This document shows, piece by piece, positions 16,616 to 24,839 of a DNA stretch of 32,000 nucleotides. How positions within the stretch are numbered: the first letter of the stretch is position 1; each line of letters opens with the position of its first letter. The stretch comes from Corynebacterium glutamicum ATCC 13032 (lineage in GTDB: Bacteria > Actinomycetota > Actinomycetes > Mycobacteriales > Mycobacteriaceae), in the NCBI RefSeq assembly GCF_000011325.1, contig NC_003450.3, positions 810,001-842,000 on the forward strand, given 5' to 3'. The position numbers were made by a program, and so were the translations under genes. The notes under the pieces were generated by a model. The model was not told where the DNA came from, did not search any database, and saw only the letters and a program-made list of their open reading frames with translations.

Positions 16616-19573
16616 TTGTCGACTGGTCTCACACCTCCTCCCCAACCGATCAAGCGACCTCCCAAGGCGGTGACATGGATCTTCGCCATTATCGCGTTGG
16701 TCATTCTCATCGCCCCAATGAGTGTTGGCTTCTATACCGACTGGCTTTGGTTCGGTGAAGTCGATTTCCGAGGCGTTTTCAGCAAGGTTATTGTCACTCG
16801 CATTGTTCTCTTTGTGATCTTTGCGCTAATTGCTGGGTTTGTCACATGGCTTGCTGGTTATTTTGTGACAAAACTTCGACCTGATGAGATGTCGGCGTTT
16901 GATACCCAGTCGCCTGTGTATCAGTACCGTCAGATGATCGAAAACAGCCTTCGTCGCGTTATGGTGATCATTCCAATTTTCGTCGCGTTGCTGGCTGGCC
17001 TAATTGGTCAGCGTTCGTGGCGCACCGTTCAAATGTGGCTGAATGGCCAGGACTTTGGCGTTTCGGATCAGCAGTTCGGCTTGGATTATGGATTCTACGC
17101 GTTTGATCTTCCGATGCTTCGCCTCATCGCTGACTCACTGTCGATGATGTTGATCGTTGCTTTCCTGATCGCACTCGTTGGCCATTACCTCATGGGTGGC
17201 ATTCGCGCTGGAAACCAGATGACGGGCCAGAAGTCCTTTGTATCCCGTGGTGCGCGCACTCAGCTTGCGGTAACTGCTGGTCTGTGGATGCTTGTTAAGG
17301 TCGCTGGCTACTGGCTGGATCGCTATGACCTGCTGACTAAGGAAAACTCAACCTTCACAGGTGCAAGCTACACCGACATCAATGCACAGCTGCCAGCGAA
17401 GATCATCCTGCTGGTTATCGCATTGTTCGTGGCGATCGCGTTCTTCTCTGCGATCTTCCTGAAGGACCTCCGCATCCCAGGTCTTGCCGTAGTTCTGATG
17501 CTGCTGAGCTCTGTGATCATTGGTGCTGCTTGGCCTTTGATGCTGGAGCGTTTCTCCGTTCAGCCAAACCGTGCAGAAAAAGAAGCCGAGTACATTTCTC
17601 GAAACATTGAATCGACTCGCTATGCCTATGGCATCACCGATGAAGATGTCACCTACGAGGAAAACTGGGGAGCAGGGGAGACCACCAATGAAGAAGTCGC
17701 CGCTGATTCTGCAACGATTTCTAACATTCGTCTGCTGGATCCACAGATCCTGTCACCAACCTTCACCCAGCAACAGCAGCTGCGAAACTTCTACGGTTTC
17801 CCAGACCAGCTGGCGATGGACCGCTTTGAAGTAGATGGCAAACTCCGCGACTTTGTTGTGGCAGCACGTGAGCTCGATCCAAACGCCCTGCAGCAAAACC
17901 AGCAGGACTGGATTAACCGTCACACTGTTTATACCCACGGCAACGGCTTCATTGCAGCTCAAGCAAACCAGGTGGATGAGGTCGCCCGCGACGTCGGATC
18001 CACTCGTGGTGGTTACCCTGTCTACACCGTCTCTGATTTGCAGTCGAATGCTCGTGCTGCAGAAAGCGAAGATGCTGAGGAGCTTGGCATCAAGGTTGAT
18101 GAGCCTCGTGTGTACTACGGACCACTGATTGCTTCTGCGACTGATGGTGCTGACTACGCAATTGTCGGTGACACCGGCGATGGCCCAGTCGAGTACGACA
18201 CTGACACCTCCAGCTACACCTACGAAGGTGCTGGCGGCGTGGACATTGGAAACATGGTCAACCGTGCGATGTTTGCATTGCGCTACCAGGAAATGAACAT
18301 GCTCCTGTCTGATCGTGTTGGTTCCGAATCCAAGATCCTATTTGAGCGCGATCCTCGTTCCCGTGTGGAAAAGGTTGCACCTTGGTTGACCACTGACTCC
18401 AAGACCTACCCAACTGTGATTGATGGTCGCATCAAGTGGATCGTCGATGGCTACACCACCTTGGATAGTCTTCCGTACTCCACGCGCACCTCACTGACGG
18501 AAGCGACTCAGGATGCTGTCATGCCTGACGGCACCCCACAGCCACTGATCACAGATAGGGTCGGTTACATCCGCAACTCCGTGAAGGCTGTTGTTGATGC
18601 GTACGACGGAACTGTTGAACTCTACGAATTCGACACCGAAGATCCTGTTCTGAAGGCATGGCGTGGCGTGTTCCCAGACACCGTGAAGGACGGGTCGGAG
18701 ATTTCCGATGAGCTTCGCGCACACCTGCGTTACCCAGAAGATTTGTTCAAGGTCCAGCGTGACATGCTGGCCAAGTACAACGTTGATGATTCTGGAACAT
18801 TCTTCACCAACGATGCGTTCTGGTCTGTCCCAGGTGACCCAACTGCAGCGGAGGGCCGCCAGGAACTTAAGCAGCCTCCTTACTACGTGGTGGCAGCAGA
18901 CCCAGAGACCGGTGAGTCCAGCTTCCAGCTGATCACCCCGTTCCGTGGACTTCAGCGCGAGTACCTCTCTGCACACATGTCTGCGTCGTCTGATCCAGTT
19001 ACCTACGGTGAAATCACTGTTCGTGTGCTGCCTACCGATTCTGTGACCCAGGGTCCAAAGCAGGCCCAGGATGCGATGATGTCATCTGACCAGGTTGCTC
19101 AGGACCAAACACTGTGGCGTGGATCGAACGATCTGCACAACGGAAACCTGTTGACCTTGCCAGTTGGTGGCGGAGAGATCCTCTACGTTGAGCCGATTTA
19201 CTCGCAGCGCAAGGATCAGGCATCGGCCTTCCCGAAGCTTCTGCGCGTGCTGGTCTTCTACAAGGGTCAGGTTGGTTACGCACCAACGATCGCTGAAGCC
19301 CTATCGCAGGTCGGCATTGATCCGAAGGAAGCGCAGGACATCGAAGAGGTAGATGGCACCGCTACGACGCCATCGACTGATGAGACTGACACTGACACTG
19401 ATCAGCCTGCAACCGAAACCCCAACTGCACCAGTGAGTGAGGCGGAAGGAATCGCGGCCATCAACGATGCGTTGAGCAACCTTGAAGCTGCTCGCGATAG
19501 CTCTTTCGAAGAGTATGGTCGTGCACTCGATGCGCTTGATCGTGCCGTCGATAGCTACCAGTCCGCACAGTAG
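16616..19573 (+). CDS. UPF0182 family integral membrane protein (Rv3193c type)
   Basis: 985 aa, TTG start 7 nt after AAGGA. Has about 7 N-terminal TM helices, a large extracytoplasmic domain and an acidic T/D/E-rich tail. A strong terminator follows. Confidence 0.85.
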   Translation: MSTGLTPPPQPIKRPPKAVTWIFAIIALVILIAPMSVGFYTDWLWFGEVDFRGVFSKVIVTRIVLFVIFALIAGFVTWLAGYFVTKLRPDEMSAFDTQSPVYQYRQMIENSLRRVMVIIPIFVALLAGLIGQRSWRTVQMWLNGQDFGVSDQQFGLDYGFYAFDLPMLRLIADSLSMMLIVAFLIALVGHYLMGGIRAGNQMTGQKSFVSRGARTQLAVTAGLWMLVKVAGYWLDRYDLLTKENSTFTGASYTDINAQLPAKIILLVIALFVAIAFFSAIFLKDLRIPGLAVVLMLLSSVIIGAAWPLMLERFSVQPNRAEKEAEYISRNIESTRYAYGITDEDVTYEENWGAGETTNEEVAADSATISNIRLLDPQILSPTFTQQQQLRNFYGFPDQLAMDRFEVDGKLRDFVVAARELDPNALQQNQQDWINRHTVYTHGNGFIAAQANQVDEVARDVGSTRGGYPVYTVSDLQSNARAAESEDAEELGIKVDEPRVYYGPLIASATDGADYAIVGDTGDGPVEYDTDTSSYTYEGAGGVDIGNMVNRAMFALRYQEMNMLLSDRVGSESKILFERDPRSRVEKVAPWLTTDSKTYPTVIDGRIKWIVDGYTTLDSLPYSTRTSLTEATQDAVMPDGTPQPLITDRVGYIRNSVKAVVDAYDGTVELYEFDTEDPVLKAWRGVFPDTVKDGSEISDELRAHLRYPEDLFKVQRDMLAKYNVDDSGTFFTNDAFWSVPGDPTAAEGRQELKQPPYYVVAADPETGESSFQLITPFRGLQREYLSAHMSASSDPVTYGEITVRVLPTDSVTQGPKQAQDAMMSSDQVAQDQTLWRGSNDLHNGNLLTLPVGGGEILYVEPIYSQRKDQASAFPKLLRVLVFYKGQVGYAPTIAEALSQVGIDPKEAQDIEEVDGTATTPSTDETDTDTDQPATETPTAPVSEAEGIAAINDALSNLEAARDSSFEEYGRALDALDRAVDSYQSAQ

Positions 19574-19582
19574 CGTTTGAGT

Positions 19583-19623
19583 AAACAGCCCGAGAGGATC
19601 GTTCCTCTCGGGCTGTTTTTTCT
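19583..19623. terminator. bidirectional rho-independent terminator between UPF0182 gene and pdxR
   Basis: AAACAGCCCGAGAGGA-tcgt-TCCTCTCGGGCTGTTT is a perfect 16-bp stem followed by a T run. It is A-rich on the other side, for the convergent pdxR. Confidence 0.85.
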
Positions 19624-20985
19624 TTAGCCTAGAGACACCGCATCGCTGATCTCAGCAAGCACCCATCTGAGGGTGTCTTCGTCGTGGGAGCCGAAGCCGA
19701 AGACGATGCCGTTGTCTGCGCCGGTGCCGCCCCAGTAGTGGGAAAGCGCGGTGACGTTAAGGCCTCGGGAGGCGAGTGTGGTGACGACGAGGTCTTGGGG
19801 TTTGTCGCAAAGGAGAACTGCGTGGAGGCCACCGTTGATGGGGCGAAGCTGCGTATTCGGGAGGTCACCGAGGGTGTCTTGGACGATGGAGCGGCGGTGT
19901 CGGTAAAGGCGCCGCAAACGTTGGGTGCGGCGTCGTAAAGCGCCTGAGGCGAGGTAGGACGCGAGCGCGTGTTGGGTGATGGCGCCGACTGGCTGGCCGA
20001 GAATCCCGCGAAGCGTGGCGAGCACGCGCGCCTGGGGCGTCGGCGCGATGAGGTATCCGCAGGCGACTTGTGGTGTGATCACGGAGGAAAACGTGCCGAG
20101 CAGAATCGTGCGATCGGGCGCCAGCGCACGCAGCGGCGGAAGCGGCATACCGACGTAGCGCAGCTCAGAATCGAAGTCGTCTTCAATAAGCAACGCATCG
20201 TTTGCCTCAGCCCACGCGACTAGCGCGGTGCGGCGATCGGCGGGCAGCGAGCCGCCGTAGGGATATTGATGGCTAGGGGTTACCAGTAGCGCGTTGAGGT
20301 CGTGGGGCAGCGCGCGGGGTACGAGGCCGGATTCGTCGGTCGGCACATCGATCGTCTCATGGCCAAGCACCTGCGGGATGCGGCGCAGGCTGGGGTAGCC
20401 GGGCGATTCGACGCCGATGCGGGCAGGCGCATCCATGGTGCGCAGCAGCAGACTCAGCCCCTCGCGCGCGCCGGCGGTGACGATGATCTGCTCCGGCTCG
20501 ACCATGAGGCCACGCATCTGGCGCAGGTGGTCGGCGATCTCGATCCGCAGCCTCAAAAGTCCCTGCTCAGGGGAGTGCGTGGGTGGCTTGGCGCAGGCTT
20601 CGCGCCACGCAGCGCGCCATGCGGAATCGGCGAGCGTCGCGGTATCGGGCACGCCGGGGCTCAGGTTGAGCAGCGGGGGCGGGACGCTTCTCGACGTCTC
20701 CTTCTTCTCAATTTCCACAGGCTTCAACAAATGCAGATCTGGGTTGATCGTTGTACCGGAACCGCGGGCGGTGCTGAGGTAGCCTTCACCGGCCAATTGG
20801 TCATAAGCGGTCACCACACTGCCGCGGGATACCCCCAATTGGGTGGATAGTGAGCGACTGCTGGGAAGCGGGTCTCCTGGGGTGAGAATTCCCCTCGCCA
20901 CGAGACGACGGATCTGTTCTGTGAGCTGCGTGGGGATGGATGTTGGTTCGTGTGGGTTTAAGGCGATGGGAAGGTCGGCAAGCAT
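19624..20985 (-). CDS. pdxR: MocR/GabR-type GntR-family regulator with aminotransferase-like domain (PdxR)
   Basis: Has an N-terminal wHTH ([25 protein letters not shown]) and a fold-type-I aminotransferase-like C-terminal domain. It is divergent from pdxST, with repeated operator boxes in the 89-bp intergenic region. Confidence 0.9.
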   Translation of the reverse strand: MLADLPIALNPHEPTSIPTQLTEQIRRLVARGILTPGDPLPSSRSLSTQLGVSRGSVVTAYDQLAGEGYLSTARGSGTTINPDLHLLKPVEIEKKETSRSVPPPLLNLSPGVPDTATLADSAWRAAWREACAKPPTHSPEQGLLRLRIEIADHLRQMRGLMVEPEQIIVTAGAREGLSLLLRTMDAPARIGVESPGYPSLRRIPQVLGHETIDVPTDESGLVPRALPHDLNALLVTPSHQYPYGGSLPADRRTALVAWAEANDALLIEDDFDSELRYVGMPLPPLRALAPDRTILLGTFSSVITPQVACGYLIAPTPQARVLATLRGILGQPVGAITQHALASYLASGALRRRTQRLRRLYRHRRSIVQDTLGDLPNTQLRPINGGLHAVLLCDKPQDLVVTTLASRGLNVTALSHYWGGTGADNGIVFGFGSHDEDTLRWVLAEISDAVSLG

Positions 20986-21003
20986 GGCTTCATCGTCCTC
21001 AAA

Positions 21004-21054
21004 AAAGTGGTCTAATGCAAGTGACTGAAAGTGGATCTACCGCTAGTCCACTTT
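21004..21054. promoter_or_regulatory. PdxR operator-type repeats in the pdxR-pdxS intergenic region
   Basis: There are three copies of AAAGTGG(W)(T)CTA: AAAGTGGTCTA at 21004-21014 and AAAGTGGATCTA at 21028-21039 are direct, and TAGTCCACTTT at 21044-21054 is inverted. Confidence 0.75.
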
Positions 21055-21074
21055 GTGGCGTTGGATCATCTGTC

Positions 21075-21974
21075 ATGACCGAAACTCAAGAAACTTACCA
21101 AGCAACCACTCGTGTGAAGCGCGGCCTTGCCGACATGCTCAAGGGTGGTGTGATCATGGATGTGGTCACCCCTGAACAAGCGCGCATCGCCGAAGATGCA
21201 GGTGCCAGCGCAGTTATGGCACTCGAGCGCGTTCCCGCCGATATCCGTTCTCAGGGCGGCGTTGCTCGCATGAGTGATCCTGACCTGATCGAAGGAATCG
21301 TCAATGCGGTCTCCATCCCGGTCATGGCGAAAGCTCGCATCGGTCACTTCGTGGAAGCTCAGGTTCTGGAAGCTCTCGGTGTTGATTTCATCGACGAGTC
21401 CGAAGTTCTCAGCCCTGCCGACTACACGCACCACATCAACAAGTGGAAGTTCGACGTTCCTTTCGTCTGTGGCGCGACCAACCTCGGCGAAGCTTTGCGA
21501 CGCATCACCGAAGGCGCTGCAATGATCCGTTCCAAGGGCGAAGCCGGCACCGGCGATGTCTCTGAAGCTGTCCGTCACCTGCGCACCATCCGCGGCGACA
21601 TCAATCGCCTGCGCTCCCTGGATGAGGATGAACTCTTCGTCGCCGCCAAGGAATTCCAGGCACCATACGACCTGGTCCGCGAAGTCGCCTCCACCGGCAA
21701 GCTCCCTGTGGTCACCTTCGTTGCAGGTGGCGTCGCAACCCCAGCCGACGCTGCACTCGTGCGCCAAATGGGCGCCGAAGGCGTCTTTGTCGGCTCCGGC
21801 ATCTTCAAATCCGGCAATCCAGCCGCCCGCGCCGCAGCGATCGTCAAGGCTGCAACGCTTTTCGACGACCCCTCCGTCATTGCCGACGTATCCCGCGGCC
21901 TGGGTGAAGCCATGGTGGGCATCAACGTATCCGACGTCCCAGCACCACACCGACTCGCCGAGCGCGGCTGGTGA
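21075..21974 (+). CDS. pdxS: pyridoxal 5'-phosphate synthase lyase subunit PdxS
   Basis: Begins [31 protein letters not shown] and contains ...[13 protein letters not shown]...[14 protein letters not shown]...DESEVL.... This is highly characteristic PdxS/SNZ sequence. ATG 21075 is chosen because the 45 upstream codons of the track ORF run into the operator region. Confidence 0.95.
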   Translation: MTETQETYQATTRVKRGLADMLKGGVIMDVVTPEQARIAEDAGASAVMALERVPADIRSQGGVARMSDPDLIEGIVNAVSIPVMAKARIGHFVEAQVLEALGVDFIDESEVLSPADYTHHINKWKFDVPFVCGATNLGEALRRITEGAAMIRSKGEAGTGDVSEAVRHLRTIRGDINRLRSLDEDELFVAAKEFQAPYDLVREVASTGKLPVVTFVAGGVATPADAALVRQMGAEGVFVGSGIFKSGNPAARAAAIVKAATLFDDPSVIADVSRGLGEAMVGINVSDVPAPHRLAERGW

Positions 21975-22573
21975 TCGTTGGAGTTTTAGCTCTCCAGGGC
22001 GGGGTGGAAGAACACCTCACCGCCTTGGAAGCTCTCGGAGCGACGACCCGAAAAGTACGTGTGCCAAAGGACCTTGATGGTCTCGAAGGCATCGTCATCC
22101 CCGGCGGGGAATCCACCGTGTTGGACAAACTGGCTCGGACATTCGACGTGGTAGAACCTCTAGCGAATCTCATTCGCGACGGCCTACCCGTTTTCGCTAC
22201 CTGCGCTGGCCTGATCTATCTGGCGAAACACCTCGACAACCCAGCAAGGGGACAACAAACCTTGGCGGTAGTGGACGTGGTGGTGCGTCGAAACGCATTT
22301 GGCGCCCAACGCGAATCCTTCGACACCACCGTGGATGTTTCCTTCGACGGTGCAACATTCCCCGGAGTGCAGGCCTCGTTTATCCGAGCTCCCATCGTCA
22401 CTGCTTTTGGTCCTACGGTAGAAGCGATCGCTGCTCTCAACGGTGGGGAGGTGGTTGGTGTACGCCAAGGCAACATCATCGCGCTGTCTTTCCATCCCGA
22501 AGAAACCGGCGATTACCGCATCCACCAAGCCTGGCTGGACCTGGTGAGAAAACACGCTGAACTGGCGATTTGA
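21971..22573 (+). CDS. pdxT: pyridoxal 5'-phosphate synthase glutaminase subunit PdxT
   Basis: Class I glutamine amidotransferase: VGVLALQGG, catalytic Cys in [10 protein letters not shown], and SFHPEE. GTGA start/stop overlap with pdxS. Confidence 0.95.
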   Translation: MIVGVLALQGGVEEHLTALEALGATTRKVRVPKDLDGLEGIVIPGGESTVLDKLARTFDVVEPLANLIRDGLPVFATCAGLIYLAKHLDNPARGQQTLAVVDVVVRRNAFGAQRESFDTTVDVSFDGATFPGVQASFIRAPIVTAFGPTVEAIAALNGGEVVGVRQGNIIALSFHPEETGDYRIHQAWLDLVRKHAELAI

Positions 22574-22631
22574 TGTTTTCGGTAGCGCTCTGTATAGTTT
22601 CTACTCGTTGCACAGAGCGCGAAAGCAATCA

Positions 22632-22658
22632 TTGCAAAAGATTAGATGGTTTTATGAT
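22632..22658 (+). promoter_or_regulatory. candidate promoter for the tRNA gene
   Basis: TTGCAA (22632-22637) and TATGAT (22653-22658) lie 8 nt upstream of the mature tRNA 5' end. The 15-nt spacing is suboptimal, so confidence is low. Confidence 0.35.
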
Positions 22659-22666
22659 CATCGCGT

Positions 22667-22743
22667 CGCGGGGTGGAGCAGCTCGGTAGCTCGCTGGGCT
22701 CATAACCCAGAGGTCGTAGGTTCGAATCCTGCCCCCGCTACTA
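22667..22743 (+). tRNA. initiator tRNA-Met (anticodon CAT)
   Basis: The cloverleaf was folded by eye. Acceptor is CGCGGGG/CCCCGCT with a C1-U72 mismatch; D arm GAGC/GCTC; anticodon stem CTGGG/CCCAG with the three G:C pairs typical of initiators; CAT at 22701-22703; T arm GTAGG-TTCGAAT-CCTGC. The discriminator A is at 22740. The next 3 nt are CTA, so CCA is not encoded. Confidence 0.95.
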
Positions 22744-22751
22744 AGTTAAAA

Positions 22752-22783
22752 ATCCCCTCAACTTCGGTTGGGGGGATTTTTTC
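22752..22783. terminator. bidirectional rho-independent terminator after the tRNA and the convergent membrane-protein gene
   Basis: CCCCTCAAC-ttcg-GTTGGGGGG is a 9-bp stem with one G-U pair. It is flanked by AAAAAT on the 5' side and ATTTTTT on the 3' side. Confidence 0.75.
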
Positions 22784-22791
22784 ATTCCTAT

Positions 22792-23157
22792 CTATATGAC
22801 TGATCGGGCCGCGTTGTTAGCGACTCTCGTGGCTAAGAGCAAGACAGCAACCTCGCACAGCATTCCGGCCAAGTCAGAGAGAATACCCCAGGGAGTACCG
22901 AGAGCTAGTTCGGTAGCAATTGCAATTGGGGTCGTTATCGCTGCGACCCATCCAATCGTATAAATAAGTGGCAATGCAGCGGAGTGTCCCTCTTTCCAAG
23001 CAGCGTTGGAAGCTTGAGTGTGGCGGGAGCGAATTCCTGCCGAGCTATGCCTATCTAATTTCGCCTGTGCTGCCATGCGTGTCATTGAAATGCAGACAAC
23101 TGCTATAAGGACTACCGAAAATAGCATCAGTACAACACTGCCTAGACTTGAATCCAT
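22792..23157 (-). CDS. small integral membrane protein, SdpI/YhfL-like
   Basis: 121 aa with 3-4 TM helices. The loop motif SAGIRSRHTQASNAAWKEGH resembles the GIRT..T..S...W...H signature of SdpI-family proteins. AAGGA lies 7 nt before ATG 23157. Confidence 0.6.
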   Translation of the reverse strand: MDSSLGSVVLMLFSVVLIAVVCISMTRMAAQAKLDRHSSAGIRSRHTQASNAAWKEGHSAALPLIYTIGWVAAITTPIAIATELALGTPWGILSDLAGMLCEVAVLLLATRVANNAARSVI

Positions 23158-23496
23158 GAGGAGTCCTTCTCATTGTTTTCTTGAGGATAACACGTGTGGG
23201 AATACATATCTTGGTGTTGCGGTGCAGGCGGAGGAGCTAATCTGCTTCTGAATGTGGACATGACACCAATAAATCATTACCCCTAAATGGGGGATTATGA
23301 GAAATGGGGCTACTTTGGCATTTCGAGGCGGGCGTGTATCTAAAAGATGGAGTTTCCCCAGTTCAAAAGCCTTAATGTATGAAAATATTCGGTATTTCAC
23401 AGCCCTTTCCTAACGTAGCCTTTGAGCGTATTTCGGAAAATGAAGTGAAATTTCTCCCAGTCAGAATTACCTAGGTCACACTTCGAATTTTAGCAA

Positions 23497-23538
23497 GCAA
23501 AAGTTACCTAGAGCGTGGCATTATGTAGTGCATTGCCC
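23497..23538 (+). repeat. upstream motif copy A (shared with 27165-27203)
   Basis: GCAAAAGTTACCTAGAGCGTGGCATTATGTAGTGCATTGCCC lies 34 nt upstream of the protease start. The 12-mer CAAAAGTTACCT is identical in copy B, and the GCGTG..AT.ATGT..GC.AT.GCCC blocks are colinear. Confidence 0.4.
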
Positions 23539-23571
23539 TTTTGCTGTTATGAAAGTGAACTAAAGATATCT

Positions 23572-24636
23572 ATGCGCAGACCGGTCTCACGCCGCGCCAT
23601 TTTTGCAACATCTGTTTTGGTTGCGGGGGTGAGCATCATGTCACCTTCGGCCAACGCAGCTGAGGCTCCGGCATCGGAATGGGTGAATACGACAGCGATC
23701 GTAGATCAAGCGAATGCTCAGTTGTCGCAGTTTGGCGTGAGTCTTGACCGAAGTGCAGCAGAACTTTTTGATGATCAGGCAAACTCCCAAATTGATGCAG
23801 CGCTTTCACCGTATGCCGATAAGGTTCCAACCTCTGGCGGCCAGGTAGTCGAGCAAAGTCTTCAGGTTGTGGAGCAGGAAGTTCAAAAGGCACTGCCCAA
23901 CTATGAAATCCGTACCGATCTGCAATCCCAGGTGATGGGTGCAACTCTAGGAGAGGTGCTGCACCGAGTTCCTGGATCATGGTTTGATGCGCCAGCAGTT
24001 CCTGAAGAATCCAGGATTGTAGAGGAACAGGGTAAATCCCTGTATGGGCCCGGTACCCCGATCTATCTCAACGGAAATTCCATGTGCACGCTTGCGGTGA
24101 CTGGAACTGATGCAGATGGGCGCAAGATCGGTATCACTGCAGGTCACTGTGGAAAATCGGGCGATGCAGTCCGTTCGGCTGACTCCTTCTGGGTCGGCGA
24201 TACCGGAACAGTGGTGTACAACGCGCCTAACGCTGACTACTCCGTGATCGAGTTCGGTTCCAATGCAGAGTTGAGCAATACCTACAACGGTGTCACCGCG
24301 AATGCTGTCGGCGGTGGCGTGACTAATGGCCAAGAAGTATGCAAAAACGGAGTTGCTACTGGCTACACCTGTGGTTTGGTGTGGACTGCTGATGAGCGCA
24401 TGACGATGTCTCAGGTGTGTGCGGGTCGTGGTGATTCGGGTGCTCCGCTGATTGCAGATGGTCGTGTGGTTGGTCTTGTATCTGGTGGTGTAATTCCTGA
24501 TTACAACCTGGCATGCGCCACTCCGTTGCAGGGACCTTTCTTCATGCCAACGCTGTCAGTGAACATGGATACTGTCCTAACTGATTTGGATTCGCAGGAT
24601 CTTCCCGGTCGAGGTTTTCAGCCAACTGCTGGATAG
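23572..24636 (+). CDS. secreted chymotrypsin-fold (S1, alpha-lytic/streptogrisin-like) serine protease with N-terminal pro-region
   Basis: The signal peptide is MRRPVSRRAIFATSVLVAGVSIMSPSANA|AEAP (RR-containing). The catalytic triad context is ITAGHCG, NADYSVIEF and CAGRGDSGAPLI, with paired Cys typical of S1 proteases. A terminator follows. Confidence 0.85.
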   Translation: MRRPVSRRAIFATSVLVAGVSIMSPSANAAEAPASEWVNTTAIVDQANAQLSQFGVSLDRSAAELFDDQANSQIDAALSPYADKVPTSGGQVVEQSLQVVEQEVQKALPNYEIRTDLQSQVMGATLGEVLHRVPGSWFDAPAVPEESRIVEEQGKSLYGPGTPIYLNGNSMCTLAVTGTDADGRKIGITAGHCGKSGDAVRSADSFWVGDTGTVVYNAPNADYSVIEFGSNAELSNTYNGVTANAVGGGVTNGQEVCKNGVATGYTCGLVWTADERMTMSQVCAGRGDSGAPLIADGRVVGLVSGGVIPDYNLACATPLQGPFFMPTLSVNMDTVLTDLDSQDLPGRGFQPTAG

Positions 24637-24643
24637 AATTTAG

Positions 24644-24682
24644 AAAATCCGCCGTTCCACACAAGGAACGGCGGATTTTTTG
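24644..24682 (+). terminator. rho-independent terminator of the protease gene
   Basis: AAAATCCGCCGTTCC-acacaa-GGAACGGCGGATTTT is a 15-bp perfect stem followed by a T run. Confidence 0.85.
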
Positions 24683-24839
24683 ATGACTAAGTGAGTTTGG
24701 ATGCGGAAGATTTGGGCTATTTCCATAAATCGAACCAGGTGACCGAGAGTTAGAAGCCTGGAGAGGACGGTTCGCTTGGAATCTTTCCCCTTGTTCGAGG
24801 GTCCTGCCTTTTATCTGGGTGGTGGAGTTATGAAAAACT

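Noticed and set aside
21066-21950. 294-aa minus-strand ORF antisense to pdxS, and the 173-aa plus-strand alternative frame at 21556-22077
   Set aside because: The pdxS reading frame is unmistakable, so the others are compositional artefacts.
22585-22620. GCGCTCTGT ... ACAGAGCGC inverted repeat after pdxT
   Set aside because: It has a 9-bp stem but an 18-nt loop and no T run, so I was not confident enough to call it a terminator.
22608-22799. 63-aa plus-strand ORF
   Set aside because: It is simply a translation through the tRNA-fMet gene and its terminator.
23170-23400. 76-aa minus-strand ORF upstream of the SdpI-like gene, with GGAAAGGG just before its GTG
   Set aside because: The sequence is atypical for a protein (it includes a Cys/His/Trp cluster) and has no motif. 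It lies in an AT-rich divergent promoter region. It is left unresolved rather than called, and could be a small co-transcribed gene.
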